From contig JAFGLO010000004.1 in the NCBI GenBank assembly GCA_016927995.1, forward strand, positions 64,955 through 128,954: a stretch of 64,000 bases of DNA. The letters are read 5' to 3'. This DNA comes from Candidatus Dojkabacteria bacterium (GTDB lineage Bacteria; Patescibacteriota; Dojkabacteria; JAFGLO01). Positions 57,713 to 64,000 of the stretch are shown piece by piece; positions within the stretch are counted from its first letter, which is position 1, and each line of letters begins with the position of its first letter. The notes beneath the pieces were generated by a model. It was given only the letters and a program-made list of their open reading frames with translations, searched no databases and had not been told where the DNA came from. The position numbers were made by a program, and so were the translations under genes.

Positions 57713-58162
57713 TTATTTATATACAAATTCAATTCCCACATCTTTCGCCCTTTGCCTCTTAAATTCCCAAAACCTATCAGACTTCTTTGACGTAATAAGC
57801 ACGTCCGGCATTAGTTTCCTTAAAAGATCCAAATGCTGCTTATTCCCCACCTTGGGATCTTTCGAAATAGTAACAGGATTAACAAACACCAAATCAATAT
57901 CCCGTAAAGCACTTAAAACCTCTTTTCTTAAACCTTCTTTAAATATAGGCCTACTTGGGCCCTTACACTCGCTAACCGAAACATCGTTATCAATACATAC
58001 GACTAAAAAGTCGCAATGCTTTTTAGCAAACGCAAAAAGCCTAACGTGCCCAATGTGCAAAACATCAAAAATACCGGAAATAAAGCCAACCTTTTTGCCG
58101 GCGGCTTTTGCCTTTTTAATAGAAGCAACTACATCATTCATATACAGAATGTTATCATACAA
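57713..58162 (-). CDS. Cytidylyltransferase-like nucleotidyltransferase (HxGH family; RfaE domain II / TagD-like)
   Basis: GIFDVLHIGHVRLF (HxGH) and a later ISKD motif. It is 149 aa. Confidence 0.75.
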   Translation of the reverse strand: MYDNILYMNDVVASIKKAKAAGKKVGFISGIFDVLHIGHVRLFAFAKKHCDFLVVCIDNDVSVSECKGPSRPIFKEGLRKEVLSALRDIDLVFVNPVTISKDPKVGNKQHLDLLRKLMPDVLITSKKSDRFWEFKRQRAKDVGIEFVYK

Positions 58163-58199
58163 TAAGGATTGCCAAAAGAGACCTAACTTGCTAGACTAA

Positions 58200-60413
58200 T
58201 TGAACGTGGAAATTAATGTAAAAAACCGAAGAATGAAGAAAAACCCCCAAACCATAATAACACTTGTGCTATTAACTTTATTGGTTGCCGGACTAGGATA
58301 CCTGATATATGCAGTTGCGGTCCCACTTCTTTCAAAGGTAACCGAATATGTGGAAAAAAACAACCAAACGATAGCAACAGCCGAGTTTTTTATATGGGAC
58401 CGTGATGGAAAAATACCGCTAAACTACATAAACGGCTCAAACTACAATTTCATAATAACAAAGGTAGAAAAGCTAACAGACGTTAAAATAAACAAGCACA
58501 TAGTACTTGACTATACAAACGGAGTTAACATAACCGAACTAAAAAACGATCCAATATCCAAAACCTACGGAGTAATCGGAATAATGATAAAAGCGAGCTA
58601 TCTAAACGATAATTTGTCCGAAATAAAAAGCTTGTGTAACGCAAACTATTGCAACATTCGTTATCTAACCCAGTTTTTTATATACGACGATACAGCTTTG
58701 TCTGAAAAAGCATCAACACTTGTAAAAAAATATCCTCAAACATTTTCGATTTTTTCCGAAAACTATATCCAGGACAATAAAACAACATACAATGGCTACG
58801 AAAACAAGATCTTTTCAATAGAACAGGTGGCTTGCGATGATCCTAATTGCATAAAGAAAACAGAAACAGAAGCCTTTATGGGAAATACCATGAAGCAGGC
58901 ACAAGACCGTAATGTTATATACCAGTTCGAATTTAGCGATAGGACCGATATGTACCACTTAAGTCAGTTGCCAAGAATAGTTCCAAGCGTTATTTATGAA
59001 GCAACACCAATTATAAAGTGGGATATTATTGCTCCGCATAATGGTGTTAATCAAAACGGTTATAGCTTGATTTTGTCCGACAGAACAAGAACATTTGAAG
59101 AGTACACTAGCAACTATCCAGTCGATATTTATATTGAAAAAGGAAATTCTCCCGAAAAGTCAGAACACACATACGAGTATTTAACTGGCAGATACACATC
59201 GCCATTTACCCAAGCCGAGCTGATTCCCGAAACAGAAGTAATTGGAAGTTCGCATAAATTACTTGTAAACGTGTGGGTTGATATTTCGTTTGGCGGATTT
59301 AAAAAGGCTGAAGGGTTTCTGCTGTACCCGGAAACCATCGATGTCGATTTTGACTTTTTAAGTTACACGCAAAATGCTGCAGTAGCAAATTTCGAACGAA
59401 TCGCCTGGATTCCATCATGGGGATTTACCCCTGCGCTTACAGTCCTAAATGCAAATCCAACTGCATATACAACACTAAGTCCTGTATGGTTCGAACCCAA
59501 TGAAACCGACGGCAGCCTTAATATTCTTGCAAACTACAACCATTCAACACTTTTTTATTTACAAAGTACGTATGGAGTCAAGATTGTGCCAACAATTGCA
59601 CTTGTTGAAGATCGTTCGGCCGATATCTTAAGTAACATTCTTAACAACCACCTCGATGCTCATGTGGATGCAATTGTAAATGAGGTTGTAACCAGTGGAT
59701 ATGATGGTATCGACATTGATTATGAATCCACATACTTAGCCGATGCAAACCTTCTTATGGAATTTGTCCAAAAACTCGGTACAAAACTTCACGAAAACGG
59801 AAAAATTCTAAGCTTTACCGTACTTCCCAAGTGGGGTGACTCAATTAACTACGGATATGCTCCACAAACCCATCAGGCTCAGGATTGGCAAAAAATCGGT
59901 GAATTTGCAGATCAGGTTAGAGTAATGGTTTATGATTATCGTGGATCTTCGTCATTTTATCCCGGACCTACGGTTCCTTACACTTGGTATTTAGCATGCC
60001 TCAGATATGGGATTAGTAAAGTTCCGCGCGAAAAGCTTATAATGGGTATTCCTTTGTATGGATATACCTGGGGTCTTGATGATAACTTTAGTGAAATTAC
60101 AAACCAAACCCTTAACGGTGCAGATATATATAAAGAACTTTGGAGTTTAGCTCCTTACGGAATGGAAAAGGTTGATCCTGTAGTTATTAGCGCATATTCA
60201 ACCGTCCCGACACAAGCATATGCACAATCAAACAAATATGCATATTATAACCATTATGATACGTGGAATCGTGAACATGTAAACATTTTTGTGGAATCTT
60301 ACCTTTGGTGGTATTCAAGTTATCTGTCAGAGGAAGATGTAAACGTAAGAATCAATGCTGCAGAGTCCGCTGGAGCGGGCGGTTTTGCAGTCTGGAGATT
60401 AGTAGAATATTAG
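58200..60413 (+). CDS. Membrane-anchored protein with a C-terminal GH18-like (chitinase/YaaH-type) domain
   Basis: N-terminal TM helix. The motif YDGIDIDYES matches the GH18 DGxDxDxE catalytic signature with Tyr in place of the usual Trp. MGIPLYGY is also GH18-like. Confidence 0.62.
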   Translation: MNVEINVKNRRMKKNPQTIITLVLLTLLVAGLGYLIYAVAVPLLSKVTEYVEKNNQTIATAEFFIWDRDGKIPLNYINGSNYNFIITKVEKLTDVKINKHIVLDYTNGVNITELKNDPISKTYGVIGIMIKASYLNDNLSEIKSLCNANYCNIRYLTQFFIYDDTALSEKASTLVKKYPQTFSIFSENYIQDNKTTYNGYENKIFSIEQVACDDPNCIKKTETEAFMGNTMKQAQDRNVIYQFEFSDRTDMYHLSQLPRIVPSVIYEATPIIKWDIIAPHNGVNQNGYSLILSDRTRTFEEYTSNYPVDIYIEKGNSPEKSEHTYEYLTGRYTSPFTQAELIPETEVIGSSHKLLVNVWVDISFGGFKKAEGFLLYPETIDVDFDFLSYTQNAAVANFERIAWIPSWGFTPALTVLNANPTAYTTLSPVWFEPNETDGSLNILANYNHSTLFYLQSTYGVKIVPTIALVEDRSADILSNILNNHLDAHVDAIVNEVVTSGYDGIDIDYESTYLADANLLMEFVQKLGTKLHENGKILSFTVLPKWGDSINYGYAPQTHQAQDWQKIGEFADQVRVMVYDYRGSSSFYPGPTVPYTWYLACLRYGISKVPREKLIMGIPLYGYTWGLDDNFSEITNQTLNGADIYKELWSLAPYGMEKVDPVVISAYSTVPTQAYAQSNKYAYYNHYDTWNREHVNIFVESYLWWYSSYLSEEDVNVRINAAESAGAGGFAVWRLVEY

Positions 60414-60451
60414 ACTTGTTTCTTTTAGTTAGATAAACCGTACCCTTAATT

Positions 60452-61267
60452 ATGAGCCAAATAAAGAAATTTAAAATCCTAATTATTTCATGCTTGTTGA
60501 TTGTTTTAGTTTTATTATGCGTTCTTTTAATAACAGCATTTGTTTTTCCTTTGTACATAGAGGAGAGAACTTACGAGTTTGAAAGCAGTCTGGATCTTAA
60601 GATTGTGTTCTTTGGTGATATACATGCAGGAGTTTCGGAAACTAAAATTTCACTTGCTAACCTGGTAGAGCGTATCAATAAGTTGGAACCGGATTTAATA
60701 ATAATTGGGGGTGATTTTATAGAAGGATCTAAATCGGATCTTTCTGATCTTGACTCACTTTCAGAGTTAGACGCAACCTATGGTGTTTATGCCGTTCTAG
60801 GAAATCATGATTATCTGAACCTAAAAGAGGTGTTAGACAAACTTGACTACGAGCTTAAAATAAAACTTTTATTAAATAGCGGACAGGTTATCGAAACGAC
60901 AAAAGGCACATTGTATCTTTATGGAATTGATGATATCTGGAATGGCGAAATATACGATCCATTAGTAGATATGCCTTCAGCCGACTATTCCATTTTGATC
61001 TCACACAATCCTGCGGTTTTGTATGATACCGGTTTTGTTGAGCAGTTCAATCTTATCTTGGCTTCGCATACCCATGGAGGACAGGCTTGTGTTCCGATTA
61101 TTAATTATTGCCCCGTTTGGCCGTTTAAAGATCTTGAGCGAAAATACAGAACGGGACTGTTCGATTTAACAAACGATACCTCACTTATTATTTCTTCCGG
61201 AGTAGGTGAGAATTATTTCCCATTAAGAATTTTTGTTCGACCAACAATAGAGATTATAAAGTTGTAG
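60452..61267 (+). CDS. Calcineurin-like metallophosphoesterase (YkuE-like)
   Basis: N-terminal TM helix, then GDIHAG, GGDFIEG, GNHDY and HTHGGQ motifs. Confidence 0.8.
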   Translation: MSQIKKFKILIISCLLIVLVLLCVLLITAFVFPLYIEERTYEFESSLDLKIVFFGDIHAGVSETKISLANLVERINKLEPDLIIIGGDFIEGSKSDLSDLDSLSELDATYGVYAVLGNHDYLNLKEVLDKLDYELKIKLLLNSGQVIETTKGTLYLYGIDDIWNGEIYDPLVDMPSADYSILISHNPAVLYDTGFVEQFNLILASHTHGGQACVPIINYCPVWPFKDLERKYRTGLFDLTNDTSLIISSGVGENYFPLRIFVRPTIEIIKL

Positions 61268-61281
61268 TGATAAAATAGGGT

Positions 61282-62094
61282 ATGAGAAATTTGTTAACTA
61301 TTACAAGCAAAGAAAACCCTAGAGTTAAGGAGCTTTTAAAGCTATCTACCAAGCGAGGTCGCGATAAGTTAGAGCTTTTTATTGTAGAGGGACTTAAAGA
61401 GGTGGAGGTGGCTGCTTCCGAAAAAGTAAAAATGGTTTCTGTATGGTTCTCTGAATCAGCAAGTGTAACTTCGGGAGTTAAGTCTTTTTTATCGGGTTTG
61501 TCAGAATCAATTTCTTTAGTACAAACGCCTGATATACTATTTAACAAGGTTTCATACAAAAACAAAAACGAAGGAATATTGGCGGTTTGTCAAAAGGAGG
61601 AAAGAAAACTTCCGGAACTATCGGATAGGCACGATAGTGAACCTTCGTGTATTCTTGTACTTGATAGAATTGATAAGCCGGGAAACATTGGTGCCCTTTT
61701 ACGAACAGCCGATGCGGTTAACGCAAGTGCCGTAATTATCACAAACCAATCTACCGATATGTTTAACCCAAGTGTGATTCGAAGCAGCGTTGGCACTTTT
61801 TTTACGGTTCCTTGGGTAGTGGCCTCTCAGGAGGAGACTAAAAAATTTCTTAAGTCTTTGCGATATATTGTAGTTGGAGCGGATCCTAGTGCAAAAAGAA
61901 CATATTTTCAAGAAAAATTGCCGGCTAAAATGGCGCTTGTTGTAGGTAATGAACATGAAGGGTTGTCGGAGTTTTGGAAGACCAATACCGATCTTAACGT
62001 TTCTATTCCTATGCTTGGTAAAAATGATTCGCTAAATGTAAATGCAGGCACTGGGGTAATTTTATATCATTGGTTACTTTCTGCTCGGAGCTAG
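61282..62094 (+). CDS. SpoU/TrmH-family RNA 2'-O-methyltransferase (RlmB-like)
   Basis: KPGNIGALLRTADA, VVGNEHEGL and SLNVNAGTGVILY are the three SPOUT motifs. An N-terminal L30e-like subdomain is present. Confidence 0.85.
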   Translation: MRNLLTITSKENPRVKELLKLSTKRGRDKLELFIVEGLKEVEVAASEKVKMVSVWFSESASVTSGVKSFLSGLSESISLVQTPDILFNKVSYKNKNEGILAVCQKEERKLPELSDRHDSEPSCILVLDRIDKPGNIGALLRTADAVNASAVIITNQSTDMFNPSVIRSSVGTFFTVPWVVASQEETKKFLKSLRYIVVGADPSAKRTYFQEKLPAKMALVVGNEHEGLSEFWKTNTDLNVSIPMLGKNDSLNVNAGTGVILYHWLLSARS

Positions 62095-62487
62095 AATCTC
62101 CTGATATAAAGTTTCGATATCAACGATTGGGATTTGTTTTTGTCTAAGTGATTTTTGAATATTGTTAATAATCTTTTCCATAAGAATGTGACCCAGACTA
62201 TAGTTTCCCATTCCATTTTTTGTATGAATAGTAATAAGCCGTTTAGGTTTTAGAATATTTAATACGTTTATTTCATCAATATGGGCAATAATGTATACAG
62301 AACCATCGGTTTCAAAAAAAATACGAGCATGAAGTCGCTTGTTTCCCGGTCCGCTTTGCAAGGTTAAAAGTCTTATCAAGTTGGCATTCTTGCCAAATAG
62401 CATGTGTAGCATCTTCTCCCAAGATGGAATAAAAAATCCTCCTAGGTTTGCAGTAATTCCAGAGTTACAGCCATGCCGCTGCTGCAT
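62074..62487 (-). CDS. Hypothetical protein, possibly the 3' part of a disrupted gene
   Basis: 137-aa ORF. The same frame stays open upstream to 62595 without a start codon. A 62-aa ORF in another frame covers 62568-62756. Confidence 0.35.
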   Translation of the reverse strand: MQQRHGCNSGITANLGGFFIPSWEKMLHMLFGKNANLIRLLTLQSGPGNKRLHARIFFETDGSVYIIAHIDEINVLNILKPKRLITIHTKNGMGNYSLGHILMEKIINNIQKSLRQKQIPIVDIETLYQEILAPSRK

Positions 62488-62871
62488 TATTACCTGGACA
62501 TTAAATCCTGCATCATGGAACAGTCGATTGAATATAGGTTTTGTTATGTGGATTTTGGAAGTAAGCCTTATTGCATGTTGTGCATTTTGTATTCGTTATT
62601 AAGTATTCGTTTCTCACATTTTGTTTTAATCTTTCTTTGTGCCAGAAATTTTATAGGGACTATTTCAGATCGTAGGTCTGTAAGTTTTGAGTAAGCTGCG
62701 TGTTTGAATTCTTTTGGTCTGGTAAGGAACTTTGCTAGTCCAACAAAAAATGCCAAGCTTTATTAGTATAAGTTTATGTTGTTTTAATAATAACTCGTTT
62801 TATTATCATGTCAATTTACTACTATGCGATTTCACTATATACTAAAATAATCTAAGTTTAGAAGGGATTAA

Positions 62872-63180
62872 ATGGACGATTGTATTTTCTGTAAAATTAT
62901 TAAAGGAGATATAAAGTCAAATATTAGATATGAAGATGATAATGTAATTGCGTTTGATGATATTAATCCTAAAGCTAAGGTTCATGTTTTGGTGGTGCCC
63001 AAAAAACATATACCGGATGTTAAGTCTATAACGGGTGATAAGACACAGCTTTGCAAATTTTTTGAATCGATCCAGAAGGTTATCCAAAAGGTTGAACTTG
63101 AAAATGGATATAAGCTATGTATTAATTCCGGAACGTATCAAGAAGTTCCTCATTTACATGTGCACTTAATGGCCGATTAA
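62872..63180 (+). CDS. HIT-family (histidine triad) nucleotide hydrolase
   Basis: IFCKII...HLHVHLM (HxHxHxx). It is 102 aa and has a good Shine-Dalgarno sequence (AGAAGGG). Confidence 0.9.
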   Translation: MDDCIFCKIIKGDIKSNIRYEDDNVIAFDDINPKAKVHVLVVPKKHIPDVKSITGDKTQLCKFFESIQKVIQKVELENGYKLCINSGTYQEVPHLHVHLMAD

Positions 63181-63336
63181 GGTTGGATTTGCTTAGCCTA
63201 TGGTGTAAAATAATAGAGCTATTATTGTTCTTGCGGGATCGTCTTCCCGATGGACAGAAACGTCCATACGGGATTAAACGCTAGTAGTATTTTGGAGGAG
63301 TTCAAAATGCTATCCGACGATTCCCATTGTTGTCAC

Positions 63337-63407
63337 TGCGGGATCGTCTAATGGTAGGACGGACGACTCTGAATCGTCTAATCGTGGTTCGAATCCACGT
63401 CCCGCAA
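63337..63407 (+). tRNA. tRNA-Gln (anticodon CUG)
   Basis: Cloverleaf: acceptor TGCGGGA/TCCCGCA with A73; D stem GTCT/GGAC; anticodon stem GACGA/TCGTC with loop CTCTGAA; T stem CGTGG/CCACG with loop TTCGAAT. Confidence 0.85.
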
Positions 63408-63557
63408 TATCCTGTGAGCTAAGGCGAACAGCTGATATTGCGTGTCCAGGGTGATTGGGGGCCCGCAACGTTCCTTGATTCGAACACACGATTCGTTTCT
63501 GGTTAAATTCTTCCCTAGAGTAGATGACAGGTATCAATTTTTCTGAGACAATAGATT

Positions 63558-64000
63558 ATGACAAAAGCTAGAAATACAAGTACTGGTCAAAATTCCATTG
63601 TCCTTTTTAACCAGGTACAGGTTCGTCGCTATTGGGATAGGGATAACGAGCTATGGTATTTTTCAATAATTGATGTAGTCGCTATATTAACAGGTTCAAC
63701 AACACCAAGAAGATATTGGAGTGACTTAAAATTTAGGTTAAGGGAAGAAGGAAGTGAAGTGTACGATAAAATCGTACAGTTGAAATTAATGGCAGCCGAT
63801 GGGAAAAAACGTAGTACAGACTGTTTCTCAACTGAAGACCTGCTTCGTGTAATCCAGTCTATTCCTTCGCCTAAGGCTGAACCATTTAAACTTTGGCTTG
63901 CGAGAGTAGGGTACGAAAGAATAGAAGAAACAGAGGATCCAGAGCTTGCAATGGAGCGGGCTATGAAAACTTATCTTAAGAAGGGTTATTCACAAAATTG
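63558..64000 (+). CDS. Bro-N / DinD-like (phage antirepressor N-terminal domain) protein; 3' end outside the window
   Basis: MTKARNTSTGQNSIVLFNQVQVRRYWDRDNELWYFSIIDVVAILTG...RRYWSDLK matches the Bro-N domain pattern. The frame is open to the window end. Confidence 0.55.
   Translation, partial: MTKARNTSTGQNSIVLFNQVQVRRYWDRDNELWYFSIIDVVAILTGSTTPRRYWSDLKFRLREEGSEVYDKIVQLKLMAADGKKRSTDCFSTEDLLRVIQSIPSPKAEPFKLWLARVGYERIEETEDPELAMERAMKTYLKKGYSQN

Noticed and set aside
63310-63537. 75-aa minus-strand ORF
   Set aside because: It runs antisense straight through tRNA-Gln. Its peptide is the tRNA's reverse-complement translation.

Overview
This 64-kb window is low-GC and gene-dense. It looks like a reduced-genome bacterium, possibly a Patescibacteria/CPR-like lineage, but that is inference from gene content only. 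Most of it is core housekeeping: argS, typA/bipA, recG, a class A PBP, alaS, mreB, nfo, trpS, gyrA, trxB, eno, the mraZ-rsmH-ftsL-ftsI division cluster, rpmA, rsmI, tsaB and a tsaC-like gene, plus an ECF sigma/anti-sigma pair. Between these sit envelope and polysaccharide genes (two GT4 glycosyltransferases, a flippase, a cytidylyltransferase, a GH18-like protein, a large M23 peptidase, a PEGA-domain protein). Three tRNAs are present: Pro-GGG, Val-CAC and Gln-CUG.

The unusual content is repeat- and mobile-DNA related:
- An IS200/RAYT-like HuH transposase is flanked by inverted 27-bp REP-like palindromic repeats (GTAGGGACAGGTCTAGACC...). A transposase-less inverted pair of the same repeat (REPIN-like) lies beside the mraZ promoter. 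A 3 x 30-bp in-frame tandem derivative of the repeat sits inside argS.
- The tRNA-Pro locus is a mosaic. A GIY-YIG nuclease gene is bracketed by a duplicated tRNA 5' half that carries two insertions. Downstream are 76-bp att-like tandem repeats and a flanking 18-bp direct repeat.
- A decayed accessory segment (about 15.6-18.1 kb) holds a GC-rich, Tat-signal gene that is probably foreign. It appears to have replaced the 5' part of a duplicate alpha/beta-hydrolase gene, of which only a C-terminal remnant survives. A frameshifted SAM-methyltransferase lies next to it.
- A genome-specific family of modular intergenic repeats is built from 8-bp periodic CAGTGAAG-like arrays plus a conserved ~45-bp core, present at five or more loci.
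- Smaller items are a T-box-like leader before alaS, a 10-bp palindromic tandem array before the ECF sigma gene, canonical MraZ operator repeats, and a Bro-N/DinD-like gene after tRNA-Gln at the window edge.
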